NCBI GenBank assembly: GCA_965603825.1
Contig: CBFDEM010000035.1
Location: 682,001 to 746,000 of the forward strand
Length of the DNA stretch: 64,000 nt
Reading direction: 5' to 3'
From: Blepharisma stoltei ATCC 30299
Taxonomy: Eukaryota; Protista; Ciliophora
Shown here: piece by piece, positions 22,295-35,546 of the stretch
Layout of the letters: each line of letters opens with the position of its first letter
Numbering within the stretch: the first letter of the stretch is position 1
Translations under genes and position numbers: made by a program
Notes under the pieces: generated by a model
Told to the model about the DNA's origin: nothing
Databases searched by the model: none
The model's input: only the letters and a program-made list of their open reading frames with translations

Positions 22295-23377
22295 ATGCCA
22301 AATTTTTTAGTTTTTCTATTACTCATAAAGTATGCACAACCTTTAGGCATCACCAACTGCTACCAATTCGACTGCAACACCACAAGAACTGTCGGCACCT
22401 GTCTAGATGTAGACCATACTAATAGAAAAATCACTCTCGAAGAATGTGCACCTGATTATGAATGCGTCGGAGTCTTCAAAAACTATGAGCTTGAAGAGTC
22501 TGAATGGACAAACGTAAATTGCTCTGCGAAACAAACCATCATATTTCCCTGCCCAACAGACGCCACTCTTCTAAATGGGTCTCCATGCTGCACAGCTTCA
22601 GATTGTGCCTCTAATGTATGCAAGAACAGTCTCTGCATAGGAAGAAGCACTGGCGCTACATGCACATCAAATAATCAATGTGCTAGCACTGCTTATTGTA
22701 ACACCGCCTCAGGCAGCGGAGTCTGCACTTCTTCGAGCGCCAATGGCGAGTCCTGCACATCAGATTTTACTTGTATGCCTGGGTCAGGGTGTAATAATGG
22801 CGTATGCGCCTCTCTGTTTTCTTTAACTATGGGGAAAGCAGCCCAAGAAGCGAGGTTTTGCCAGACAAATTTCCTGAATACAAATACTAACATATGTGAC
22901 GCCTTACAAATTTACCTAGATGGGTTTATTGTTTACCCGCCTTTTAGCTGCTTAGTTGGGGATATTGGCGTTTATAATTATATGACTGATAACTCTACAT
23001 ATCAGACTGAAGCATGTGGATGTGCTGGGGTTAAGGACTGATATAGAGGATTTTTTCAAAAATATATCCACAATGTAATTGGGACTATGAGTGTTGTGTG
23101 GACAAATTTAAGGTACTCGAAAACAAGCTGCTCAGCTGAAAACGCCCATTCAAGTTCTCCTTTTGTTATGAATAGATGTCAGTCCATAAACTCAGACCAA
23201 TATAACTTGTGGTATCAGTTAAATTATCAGCTTGAGTACTGGGCTGTATATCAAACAGGATTTATTGATACGTGTGCAGACGCTATGGGAATTTATGATC
23301 CTAACTACTATTCTGATCAATATACAAGCGCTCTTTATGGGTTTGCGTTAATAATTTTAGGGCTGGTTGTACTTTAA
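22295..23377 (+). CDS. Cys-rich secreted or GPI/TM-anchored surface protein
   Basis: Signal peptide, repeated GxxCxxxxxCxxxxxC units, TGA=Trp at 23039 joining two ORFs in frame, hydrophobic C-terminus. Confidence 0.8.
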
Positions 23378-23475
23378 ATTATATAGAGATTTATAGATTT
23401 TTAAAATAACAGTTGCGTTATAAAATCTCTATTGATGATTAATTTAAGATATAAAATTTAAAAATTAATTTTTTC

Positions 23476-23480
23476 AAAAA
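23476..23480 (-). terminator. RNA polymerase III terminator (T5) of tRNA-Ile
   Basis: TTTTT immediately 3' of the tRNA discriminator base on the minus strand. Confidence 0.75.
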
Positions 23481-23554
23481 TGGTCCCAGTGAGGATCGAA
23501 CTCACGACCTCTGCGTTATTAGCACAGCGCTCTAACCAGCTGAGCTATGGGACC
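23481..23554 (-). tRNA. tRNA-Ile (anticodon AAT)
   Basis: Minus strand GGTCCCATAGCTCAGCTGGTTAGAGCGCTGTGCT-AAT-AACGCAGAGGTCGTGAGTTCGATCCTCACTGGGACCA: 7-bp acceptor stem, D-arm, TTCGA T-loop. Confidence 0.96.
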
Positions 23555-23731
23555 TAACAGGAACTAGCATTACAAAAATCCTTATGTAGCCACCAATTTG
23601 AATTCTATGAAATTATTCTCACTTGCCGCCAGACTATTATAGTATCTGATTTTTATGAAAAATAAACGCAGCCTTTATGATAAATAAATAAATCTGCTAA
23701 ATATATATCCCAGTAGTTAAACATTTAAATA

Positions 23732-25243
23732 ATGGACTCATCTTCTTATATAGAAGATCTTAATCGGGGCTGTCGTTTAGGAGACGTTCCGCTTCTAAAA
23801 GACGTTTTTCAACGATTCCCTCAATTTCTCAACCAAAAGGACATGAAACTCGGCTGAGCGCCTTTATATCGCACAGTTATATGTGGCCATGAAGCTGCCT
23901 CTAAATTGCTTTTAGATCTCGGGGCCGACCCCAATGTCAAAACCAATATCGGCGAAACCGCCCTGCACCAAGCTTCCGCCAATAGTCAATACAAAATTGC
24001 CAAAATGCTCTTATCTTACCAAGCAGACCCAAATTCCCAGCAAAATGATGGTGACACGCCTCTTCATCTGGCCGCTTTTAAAGGCGATATTAAGATGGTA
24101 AAGCTTCTTTTAAAGTTCAACAGCGACCCAAATATATCTAACAACGTCTTTGGTAGGACTCCTTTACACTACGCTATCGATTATGATCACAAAGAGGTTG
24201 CAATGCTCCTTATGAAAAGTTCAGCGTCCACTACAATTAAAGACATGAGCGACAAAACTCCTTTGGACTTGTCTAAAGGAATGGACTTTTCAGAATACGT
24301 CTGTGAGATGGGGCTTGATGAAGAAAATTTTACTTTAAGCGAGGACATAAAGGACGAAAATCCTGAAAACTGGATGGTAAGATATGAGCTTGAAAAAAAA
24401 TTCCAGACCAAATCAGAAAGGCCGACCACGTCGACTGAACTGAATTTTGTAGCGAAATTGGTGCCAGAATTGAAGCTGGATTCAGTAAATAAGGGTTTGA
24501 ATGAAAATAGTCACTCAAGAGGGGTAAGCACTTTATTTGAGCCAGATGCAGAGAAATCGGAATATGATATGACTCCGAATAGGAAGCTGAGGACTGCTTC
24601 ATTTGGAGGTGCTGATAGAAGGCAGGAACTTTATTTGTGAATGGTTAATTATAAAGTAGAAGAAGTTTTTGATATTTTGGTGTCTGCTGGATATGATGAT
24701 ATAGGGCAAATGAGTTCAGCTGTGACGTCCTCAATGCCGATTACTGAGGCTATTTTAGCAAATATTGGGATTAAGAAATCAGGGTGGAGAAGAAGGTTTT
24801 TAGCTTCTCTAGACGAAGAATGCAGACTGGGAGGTAAATCTACACGTCGCCGCATAAAGCAGCAAGATCCTAGCATTTGGAAATGCTGTGTGGCCCCTGC
24901 GCAGCCTAGTCAAGGAATGATAAATGTGCCATGCTTAAAGAGTTGGCTTGAAAATTTAAACTTAGTCGAATATTTTCATGCTTTTGTGGAGGCTGGATAT
25001 GATGATATGGACCATAACCTTGCACTTATGAACACAAGATGGCCTATAACTGAAGAAATCCTTATGAAAGAAGTGTCGATGCACAAGCCTGGACATAGGC
25101 ATAGAATTCTTTCTAGGCTAACAGAAGATTCAGCTGGGATGGAAACAATGAAAAGACCTTCAGGTGGGGTGTCAAGCCGTGGCAGAAAAGATGAGATGAT
25201 TTTTGAAAAAAACGAGGAAAATGGATTTTGCAAACTAATGTAA
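23732..25243 (+). CDS. Ankyrin-repeat protein with tandem SAM domains
   Basis: LG[TGA]APLY, GETALHQA, GDTPLHLAA, GRTPLHYA. SAM1 LYL[TGA]MVNY..GIKKSGWRRRFL; SAM2 KSWLENLNLVEY..HKPGHRHRIL. Single frame from ATG 23732. Confidence 0.88.
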
Positions 25244-25283
25244 AATATTTATAGATAAAATTATAAAAACTATTAAAATAAAA

Positions 25284-27044
25284 TTAGGTTGTAAGTATAG
25301 GCTGCTGGGATGGATCAGAGTTCAAGATTTTACCAGTATATGAAGCTCCCACCTGTTTCTTCAGCTCTTTTTTCACCTGAAACTCTGGCTTGTGTCTCTT
25401 CGCCGCTTTTAAGTGCTTATCTCTCAGCAGAATCCTGACAGGGACCCCTTCAAACCCAAATTCTTTTGTCAGAGAAGATGTAAAGTTCTTTAGATAGTTT
25501 TCTTTCATAAGTGACCTATCATTTACATATACATAGAAGCTCGGCGGTCTTGCCTTAATCTGCATCATGTATTTTATCCTCAATAAAGCTCCTTGGCTTG
25601 TAGGAAGTGGCTGAACTTTTTTAAAAGCTTCCAGCCACCTATTGAGCAGCCCAGTGGATACTCTTTTATTCCACTTTTCATACAAAGACTGGATTTCGTC
25701 CATAATTTTGCTTACATTATAATTCTGCAAAGCACTTATAAAGATCACGTTGAGGCCTTTTAGAGTGATTTTTGTATGTAAATTTATAGCGACATCTTTA
25801 GCAACCTTGCCTTTCATGTCTTTTGGAACCAAGTCCCACTTGTTTCCAACGATTAACAGGATTCTGCCCTCGTCTATTACTTTTTTGGCTAATTCAAGGT
25901 CAACTGGGGTTAGTCCGACAGGTGCTTCTATTTGTAATACGACAGCGTGACTGAATTTTATAGCTTTCATAACGTCTTCTTGTATAAGTTTGTTTACTGT
26001 TCCCCTGCTATGCTTGGTCAGCCCAGCAGTATCTACAAGGCAAATCTTTTTTCCTTTGTGGACATGGTCTAAATATAAAGCATCTCTGGTAGTCCCTGGC
26101 TGATTGTCAGTGATGACTCTTTCCTCATTGAGAAAAGCATTGATCAAGGTGGATTTGCCTACATTTGGCCTTCCAATAATGGCTAGCTGTATCATTTTAT
26201 GCTTTTTCATGTTTTCCATCAGGCTATCTTTGTCTTTTAAATTGAAATCAGAAGCTAAAGACTTATTAATGTCAATTTCATTGTCAGAGTCATAGTCAGA
26301 GTTGTCCCACGGGTTCAGCTTATCATAAGCCCTTTCCCATTCTTTCAAATTAAAATCTTCGCCTGACTCTTTTTCCAAATCTTCCAACTCTGCCAGTCTT
26401 TCTGCCTTAATTTTATTATGTTTTTCTTTTCTTTTCTTCAGTCTTTCTTTAAAATCATCCGCATACCCTTCAGGAATCCTGCTTTTTAATTCTTCATATA
26501 AATCAGCAATCCCTTCCCCATGCTGTGCAGATATTAATAGTGGCTCCCCAAAGCCTAATTTATATACTTCATTACTTACATCACCAAGTCAGCTTGATTC
26601 AGCTTTATTTCCTATCAAAATTACATCTTTGGTCGCGTTTTTGTCACTGAGGACAGTTTTCCTGAGATATTGTGCAAGCTCAATGTCTGAAGGGCTGATC
26701 CCAGCTCTTACGTCGGTGAGGAAAAGAATTGTATCTGATAACTTAATTGCGTTGAGGGTCTGGAGTTTCATTTTCTCGATGATAGGCTTAGGGTTGGGAG
26801 TGTCGGTAGGATCCCAGCCTGCAGTGTCTATGAATTTGATATCGACACCAAAGAGGTTGGCTGATTAAAAATTACTTATCCCTTCGATTCGGTCTCTGGT
26901 TAAGCCTGGAGTGTTGTGGACTAAGGAGGTTGAGCCGCCGATTAAGTGGTTAAAAAGAGTGGATTTTCCGGAGTTTGGTCGGCCTACCAAGGATACTGTG
27001 TAAAGAAAGTTTTTAGTGCTGAAAGACCGGAAAAATCTTAGCAT
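25284..27044 (-). CDS. der: Der/EngA double GTPase, probably mitochondrial; intron 26861-26875
   Basis: Two G domains ([21 protein letters not shown]; [23 protein letters not shown]) plus KH-like C-terminus FGFEGVPVR. Presequence [10 protein letters not shown]; TGA=Trp at 26589. Confidence 0.92.
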
Positions 27045-27079
27045 GCTAATAATTTAAGAATAAATAAATATACGGTATT

Positions 27080-29803
27080 TTATTTAATTATTTTAGCAGA
27101 AATGAAAGTAGAAAATTCGGATGGAAGAAGATGAAATTGAGTGTCTGGGATAGGTTGAGATGCATAGAGTTGGATTGGAAAGCTTGAATTAGGCTTGTTG
27201 GAATATACTATTTCTTCAGAGCTTTCTTGAAATTTTTCTGATTCTTGAACATGCTCATATCCACCAAACCGAATTCTATCCAAAATTGTGAAATTTTTCA
27301 TCGAGATTAGCTGCTTTTCATTGCTAAAGTTAAATACCCTAAAAATAAAACTATTGTTTTTAGCCAGAGCACTTGACAAATAAACCTGAGAATTTTCATA
27401 CCCCAGCTCATGATTTGTTTCATGATTTCATTGAGTTCTAAACTGCTTTGCCTCTCTCCAATTGTCTAATGTCACATCTAATTCCTTATTTATAACAGAA
27501 AATAAATAAGGCACTGTCTTCGTCTCCACATATGATTTTAAAAACTGGCTGTTCAACGATTCTCCGAATTCTATATCAAAATGATGATGAGCATAAGTCT
27601 TATCAATAACCCCCGTACACATTCCTAGCCAGTCATCATGGGTTAAGTTTCTATGAAGAAGCAGCTCAAACGAATTTTCACTAGCCATCCCTAGTCCAAC
27701 AGGATAAGAAGGAAACATCTTCATGTAATGATTCTGCATTTTTACTGCAAAGCCGCCTGGGATTGGGTACATATTGTTTCCTTTGTCAGAATAATCGCAT
27801 TGCGAATAGGCCCGAGATCTTAAATCTCCTGAATTTGACGTAAAAAGTCATGTCTGGTCAACAATTTCTTTGGAAGTCAGCCTGACAAGAATTTCTTCGT
27901 CTTTATATGCAAATACTCCAAAATCCCAGGAAAATTTATTTTCTCCATATAAAATAACTTTTTGATAATAAAGTCTTTCTGAAGGCTGCTTTGATTTTCT
28001 TTTCCAAAGCACTTCAGCAACCTGCACAATTGGGCCAGTCGATATATTTATAGCTTGCAGGCTTAAATTTTTCAGTTTTTTGCCTTCGCTGATTGGTTTA
28101 AAAATATAAGCCCCACTTCTTGGTCCTGGGTACATCCAAAATTGCTGCGAAATTTCTAATTTTTTATTTTCTTTACTAATATTTTTAACCATCCCAGTCT
28201 TAGAAAATTCAATAGAATGATAAGAGTCGCTTAAAATATATCCTTGATTCACATCAGAATCTATTGAGCAATTTTCTATAGGCTCATCATGCTGAGTTAT
28301 AAAAAATGCAGAAAATGATAATGATGGAAGTTCTGCTTTGAAATAAACAGTATATTCGTCATTGGAAAAATCCTTCACAATTTGTGAATTTATGAAGTTT
28401 CCTTTGCCGTCTCTGATTTCGAGATATGTCTTTTTAGGGGTGCTTAAAGATAATAGTGAAGTTTTGGCCCAATTCAGGGGGTTGTAGACAATTATTACTC
28501 TGTAAGGTAAGGTAAGCGTAAAGCTGATTTCTTTTGTGAGGCTGAATTTTGAAGTAATTACACTTGCAATAGTTCGAGCAGCTTGGTATATGTCGTTTTT
28601 AAGCCTTTTTTTATAGTCGTGAGCTACATGTGGTCTGCAAGTTCCAGTGATCGCATCATGGTGCAGTGCAAGACTTGCCTCATATGCCAAAAAGCATTTT
28701 TCAGCTGAAAACGTTTTGGATATTTCTGCAGCCCTAGCTAGACTATGAGCTTCCCATATCAATTTTTTTAGCAAAGGCCTTGTAGTATAATACCCAGTCC
28801 AATAAATCGACCTCGGTTCTCCTCTAAATACCCTATATGGAAAAAAGTCTCCTCTATAAACTGAAAACCTTACATTTTCTTTCCTAACTGCTTCAAAATA
28901 TTCACTTGCTGTTGCAATTTTTATCTTGAAATTTTGAAATCTCTCTGAACTATTCACATAATCCACAAGTGCTTCAATTTTTTCAAAGCCTATCCTTGAC
29001 TGCTTTAAGTTTGAAAACCAAAAATCATCACCGTATAAGAACATTATTTTGCTTGTCTTATAAGCAGATCTTCTTTTAACAGCTAGATCATATAATTTTT
29101 CTGCACTGCATAAAATTTACCTCGATTCTAGTATTTCTTGAGTCAAATCTCCATTTCCAAAGCAATAAAAAGGGTCCCAAGGATGAAGAATTCGAGGAGG
29201 ACTATAATGCTCATACAAAACATGTGTAAAAATAGATTCATTTTGCCCTAAATTTGACCCATATCAGACAAACTCTAAGTTTCCTTCACTTATAAGCTGC
29301 CTTTTAAAAGCAGTATCAATTCTGTTTATTACATGATACTCATATCCGAATTTTGCAAATATGCTTGGGAGGAGGGCAGAGTGTCCAAAGGGGTCAATTT
29401 GTCAGCCAACCTTGACTTTGGGGATACTGAAAGTTTCGTACAGATATTCGTGTCCATGCTCAATTTGCCTGATGATCATATCAATGTCAGGGCAAGCTTC
29501 ATCTGTTTGTATATACCCGCCGCCAACGATTTCGAGCTGGCCTTTTTCTATGAGTTTTTTTGTTTTTGTTTGGATTTCGTGGCTTTGTTCGTCCATCCAC
29601 ATCTTTAAGAATGAGGTCTCACACCAGACCATCTTCAATTTATCATTTTCTGAAAGAAGGGTTATTATGGTCTGAAAAATGTTTCTTACTCGATTTTCAT
29701 AATATCATTCCATAGTTTCTAGCCATCCAGGATCACAATGTGTATGAGGAACAATAAAAACTTCTATTGGACTGTCCATAGCTATAATATAATTATTTTT
29801 CAT
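27080..29803 (-). CDS. GH38 alpha-mannosidase, tandem copy A; intron 29106-29120; no obvious signal peptide
   Basis: VPHTHCDPGW, IVGGGYIQTDEA, G[TGA]QIDPFGHS, YWTGYYTTRP, HHDAITGT. All pieces are in one frame with TGA=Trp, and the 15-nt intron removes a TAA. Alternative start at 29779. Confidence 0.9.
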
Positions 29804-29836
29804 TTTAATAACAAGAATTTTTATTTCTAAAATAGA

Positions 29837-32573
29837 TTAATTAATTCTTGCAGAGGCATTTAATGCAGCAAATTCCAAAGGCGCTAAGACAATTCCATCC
29901 TTTATTTCGCTTCGAGTTGCATTTAAACTTCTAATAGGCTTTCCAGAGTCAGGCTTGCTTGTATACGCAATTTCTTTTTCATCCTCCTCCCAGTTCTTCT
30001 GCTTTGATTCTTCCTCATATCCATCAAAAAGCATTTTTCTCCCCATTTCAAATTTTTCTATCCATATTGGTTCCTCCTTGCTATTAAAATTCAAAATTCT
30101 AAAAATTGTCTCCTCTCCTTTCATAACTGCACTTGATAAATAAACATTAGGATTATTAAACCCCATTTCATAATAAGTCCTGATTTTCCAGTTGCTGGCC
30201 ATTTCTTTTCCATTATGCCATTCCTCCATAGATACATCTCCTTCATCAGTCATGACAGGAAATGAATAAACCTTTGTTTTTGATTCAAATGAGGACTTTC
30301 AATATTGAGAATCCAAATTCTCGTTAAGTTCAATATCAAAATGATGATTTACAAAAGTTTTATCGATTACCCCCATATCGAGACCAAACCCATCGTCATG
30401 GGTTAAACTTCGGTGAATGAGAAGCTCGAAAGTATTTGCATTTACCATCTCAACTCCTATAGAGAACAAAGGGAATATTTTTAAAAATTCTTTTTCCAGT
30501 TTTACTGCAAAGCCTCCTGGAGCTGGATACATATTATTTCCTTTTTCTGTATAGGGCTCAGTATAGTAAACGCGGCTTCTTAAATCTCCTGAATTTGATG
30601 TAAATAATCATGGGCTATTTTTAATATTTTTACTTGAAAATCTTATCATAATTTCTTCATTTTTTCTTGCAAAAAGTCCAATTTCTAATGAAAATTTCTT
30701 TTCATCATATAAAATAATTTTTTCAGAAAAAAATTTTGATTTTCTCTTTCATATAACTTCGGCTACTTTTACAATTGGCCCCTCAGATATTATAAATTTT
30801 TCTAATTTTAAATCTTTTAGTTCTTTTCCTTCATCTATGGGTCTAAATATATAAGCTCCGCTGTTTTTTCCTGAATATTGCCAAAACTTTTGTACCAAAT
30901 CATATTTAAATTTTGAGCTTTCAATATTTTTAATCATCCCCAGCTTATTGAACTTAAGCTTATAGCAAGAATCAGCCAATTTTTTGCTTTTTTTAGTCTC
31001 AGACTCTACAGAGCAACCTTCACAAGGCTTTTCATGCTCGGTTATAAAAAAAGTTACAAATGACAAAGATGGCAATACGGCTTTAAAATAGACTATAAAG
31101 CCTCCATTAAAACTATCCTCTACCAGCTGAGACTTTACTGCATTCCCATTTCAGTCCTTAATTTCAATATAAATCTTTCCTTTTAGAGTTATATTAAGCA
31201 AAGCTGTTTTGTCTCAATTTAACGAATTGAAAGCAATAATAACTCGATAAGGCAAATTTATAGTAAAATTGTTAGTGCTTGGCCAATTAATTTGTGACTT
31301 AATAACGCTGCTAATTGCTTCAAAAGCCAGATTTATATCACTTTTGTCTCGCAATTTATAATCATGAGAAACATCTGGCCTACAAGTTCCTGTAATCGAA
31401 TCATGATGTAAAGTCAAACTAGCTTGATATGCTGAAAACCTCTCTTTTTTACATACTGTCTTTGCGATTTCCGCAGCTCTAGCAATTCTGTGGGTCTCAT
31501 ATATAATTTCCTTAAGAGCAGGTCTTGTTGTATAAAGCCCAGTCCAATACACAGAAAGCACGTCTCCTCTGAAATTTCTATAAGGTAAAAAATCGCTCAA
31601 ATATCTTGAAAACTTTTTGTTTGAGCTCCAAACAGCATCAAAATATTCACTCGCTGTCGCGATTTTTACAGTAAATCCATAATAATTGGGCGACCGGTTT
31701 ATATAGTCTATTAATGCTTCAAGATTTTTAAATTCAGTTCTTGAGCTATCCAGGTCTGAAAAGTAAAAATCATCTCCATACAAAAACATCATTTTGTCTG
31801 TCCTGTATGCAGAGGTCCTTTGAACTACTAAAGAAAATAGCTTTTCAGCGCTATATAGTATTTTACCATATTTTGAGAATTTCCACCGACAGAGTTCCAT
31901 TTGAGAAACAGTACTGAGGACTATAAATATTAAGTATGGGTGGAGCATCATAGTGGTCATATAAAACGTGAGTGAAAATTGACTCATTTTTGCCAAAATC
32001 GACGCCATATCATATGAATTCTAAATTTCCATTATTAATCAGCTCTTGCTTAAAACTAGAATCTATCCTGTTTATGACATGATATTGGTACCCAAATTTT
32101 GCCCACAAACTCGGAGTCAGCGCTGAATGTCCAAAAGGGTCAATTTGTCAGCCGACCTTAACTTTATTTATCCCAAATTTTTCATTCAGATATTCATGAC
32201 CATGCTCAATCTGCCTAATAACCATATCAAAATCTGTGTTGGCTTCGTCATTTTGTACATACCCTCCTCCAACGATTTCAATTTGGCCATTTTTTATTAG
32301 ACTTTTCATCGCTTCTTGCATTTCAAGGTCTTGGCCTTCCATTCACATTTTCAGATAAGAAGTTTCTGATCAGACTATTTTCCTGTCTTTATCTTCGGCT
32401 AATAAGGTTGTTATTGTGTGGAAAATGGATTTTACTTTATTCTGATAGTATCAGTCAATAGTATGTAGCCAGCCTAAGTCACAATGGGAGTGAGGTACTA
32501 TAAATAGCTCAAGTGAATTAGCTAATTGGATTATTGATAATAGGAATATCATTATTTGTGAATTATCAGCCAT
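29837..32573 (-). CDS. GH38 alpha-mannosidase, tandem copy B; 16-nt intron 31851-31866; signal peptide
   Basis: MIFLLSIIQLANS, VPHSHCDLGW, G[TGA]QIDPFGHS, YWTGLYTTRP, HHDSITGT. The one-base frame change is explained exactly by gtaaaatactatatag. Confidence 0.9.
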
Positions 32574-32632
32574 TTTTAGTGTCAGATTTTTTATTATGGC
32601 AATTCCTATGCAATTATGTTTAATTAGCTATT

Positions 32633-34051
32633 TTACTCTGGTCTTCTCTCATTCGGAAGATCCAAGGCTTTTGCCTGTTTGAACATGTCGACTGCTCTCA
32701 TCAGTGCTTTTCTTCCTTCAATCAAAAGTCCTCTAGGAATTCTGTTATCAGGACACATGTTTTTCAGCATTATAATCAGCTCAAACTCTTCTCTGAGCGT
32801 CCTATACATTTTCATCATCCTCGACACCGCCCGCACCTTATTCTTCAAAATCCCTTTTTTCGCCTCCTGAAAATCAACCTTAAGTCCTTTAATTCTTCTA
32901 TTTGCCAGACTATCAGACCTCAAAAGTACTTTTTCGTCCAGTTTCAGGATATTTAGCATCATCGTCATCACTTTCTCAACCACAAAAGGAGAGCTTCAGG
33001 TGAAAATGTCCATAAAGTCAGGCAAATGGTAAGGGTGGGTAATATAATTGAACTGCTGGATGTTTAAAATACTATTGCACAGTCTCACGATGGCTCCTTT
33101 ATTATTGTAGGTATCACAGTAATTTGGGGCTGAAAAAATAGTGATGACTGCTGGAAAGTCGTTTTCTCCATTCCACTTGTGCATTTTGTAGCCTTCCAGC
33201 TGGACTTCATGAGCCCTTATGACTGATATTAAATCATTTCTCTGCAAAAAAGTGTTCGTCGAGTTGGCTCCATAAAAATAGCTGCACCCTCTTACGGTAT
33301 TATAAGAGAATTCTTCATTTAAAATCCCTTCTTGGTCATCTACTGGGTCAGCTCACAAAATATCGCAAAACGCCCCAGTTTTAGGTGGCTCGTTAAACCT
33401 GTATATTAAATCAATATCATCTAGTACTTCTAAATCCGGAGAAAGCCCACCATGACAGGTGATAAAGCTGTCATTCACAAGGGCTGCCAACGGCAAACAG
33501 TCAAAACTCTCTAAAAACCGATCATAAATTTCCAAATCATATTTATTTAAGCACTCAGCCCGGAACGTAAAATAAGTCGTCAAAATCCTGCATTCGTGAT
33601 TCCCTCTTATCAAGAACACCCTGTCTGGAAAATTCAGCTTAAGGCTGTATAGCAAAATGACTACTTCTATTGAATAAATGCCTCTGTCCACGTAGTCGCC
33701 TAAAAACAGAAATTTATTTTTAGTTGGGCTGCCTCCCATCTCTAGGACTTTGAGCAGGTCGAAAAACTGTCCATGGATGTCCCCAATAATAAGAAGAGGG
33801 TCGTCAATTCTTAACAAGTTTGGCTCTCCTTGGAATAAGTTCTTAACCCGCTCTATTATTTTAATAACATCTGCTTTTTTGATCCTTCCTTCTTTGGACA
33901 AGTGGAGCTTTAGATTCTCGAGGTTTGGAATATTCGCTGATTATAAATTACATGCATTAGGAAAAAGCAAATCTTCAGAAAGAGGCTTGTGGGGAGGTGT
34001 TGGAAGGGATTTTACTACGCGGTCACCTAATGGATCAGGTAAAGGCTCCAT
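32633..34051 (-). CDS. CNA: Calcineurin (PP2B) catalytic subunit A; intron 33937-33951
   Basis: GDIHGQ, GDYVDRG, RGNHE, CDIL[TGA]ADP, RAHE, FSAPNYCD, MDIFT[TGA]SSPFVVEKV, calmodulin-binding KNKVRAVSRMMKMYRTLREE, autoinhibitory AKALDLPNERRP. Confidence 0.95.
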
Positions 34052-34272
34052 TTTAGAAATATTCAAGTAGTCGTTTTCTGGGCTTGGAAGAATCCGGGGG
34101 GTTTAGGAGGGATTAGGAAGAAAGGTATTTATGGAAGGAAAGGATAGTGGGTTTTTTAATTTTGAGGTAAGAAGGGTATCTTAGTAATAATAATGAGTGG
34201 ACTCATTTATTTTAGAGTGAAAACAGGGAACAGATATTTTAAAAAGAAATTATATTGATTATTTGCATTGAT

Positions 34273-34809
34273 TTAAACAGCAGCACCATTTTCAGCTGCA
34301 GGGGAGTTCAAATCAACAGACTTAAACCCATTTTCTTCTTTTTTGTCTGCCTTCTCTGCTTTTGCACCTCCTTTCTCTCCTTTCTCTCCTTTCTCTCCTT
34401 TCTCTCCTTCTCCTCCTTCCTCTTCCTTATTAACTATATTTTTTTTGCAGCCACACGCAAGAGAAAAATACATAATTCCCTCAACCCAAAATACGATTGC
34501 CAGCACCAAAAAGAAAGCATTTCCAGTATCAAACACAATCGTTCCCAAAAATAAACAGAACAGTGCTTTTCCAATATAGAACCCCAAAAATGAGACACAA
34601 GACATGAGGACCTTGCATGGCATTTCTGACAATGCCAGCAGAATACCAAATATTATATAGTAAATAGTCAAAAAAAAATCTCGGGCGTTGAATATACCAA
34701 GAGCAGAGAATTTATAGATCGCCAGAACGGCCAGAGCCAGCCCCGAAATCAAACTTGTGATTTTTAACGCAGTGCTGATTTTCACATCATTAATTTCTTG
34801 TCCTACCAT
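34273..34809 (-). CDS. COPI-associated/TVP15-like Golgi membrane protein
   Basis: Four TM helices; YYIIFGILLALSE..SFLGFYIGKALFCLFLG pattern. Confidence 0.75.
   Translation of the reverse strand: MVGQEINDVKISTALKITSLISGLALAVLAIYKFSALGIFNARDFFLTIYYIIFGILLALSEMPCKVLMSCVSFLGFYIGKALFCLFLGTIVFDTGNAFFLVLAIVFWVEGIMYFSLACGCKKNIVNKEEEGGEGEKGEKGEKGEKGGAKAEKADKKEENGFKSVDLNSPAAENGAAV
34371..34408 (-). repeat. Coding 9-nt tandem repeat (GGAGAGAAA)x4 encoding (GEK)4
   Basis: Plus strand ctttctctcc-tttctctcc-tttctctcc-tttctctcc. Confidence 0.85.
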
Positions 34810-35546
34810 AATTAATTTATTATCAGAGATTACAAAATTTGAAACTCTTTACATTTGAATAGGAAAAACCATGAATTTTGCTGCAGGTAAATAATAGGAA
34901 TTCTTTAGAGAATATTTTGTAAGGTCGTATAATAACTTGTAAATGAAATAATTTTATATTACTAAAAGTGCTATTTGTATTTAAGCTTTCTGAATTGCAT
35001 AGGATTTATTTGGCTGTGTCAGGAAGGTATAATATTACTATATATTTATAAAGGCAGGTGATGTGAATATTTTATTTTCTTTATAAGGCTTATAGATTCA
35101 ATAAAGGAATGCATTAAGTCAAATAATTCCTCAATAATCATTTATTTATTAATTTTTAGAACTTCCTAATAAAGGATTTCTCTCTTTATTTTTCAAAATA
35201 ACTTCATAGAACTTTAAAAATTTCCAATTTCAAATCTCAGCAAAAATAAACTTCAAATCACAGCAACAAACAAAAAAAGTCATCCATCTTCAAACAGCAA
35301 ATCCTCCAGCAGCAGCAGCTCCCTCCATCAACAGAAGCTATTTCTCTAAAATATTTTTCACACAAACCCCTATTCTCACATTCTCATCCAAGATCAGCCG
35401 CCAATACAATTCTTGAATTACTTTGTGTCAACTAGAATACTTCACAATCCTTCCATAAAGTTTTTCCAATCTTCCTACCAACCTTCAATCCTCCAGGAGA
35501 CTAATAATAAGTTAGAAGTCATAAAACCTTAAATGGATATTAATAA

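Noticed and set aside
34371-34408. (GEK)4 as a collagen-like domain
   Set aside because: Too short for a triple helix; a simple coding microrepeat.
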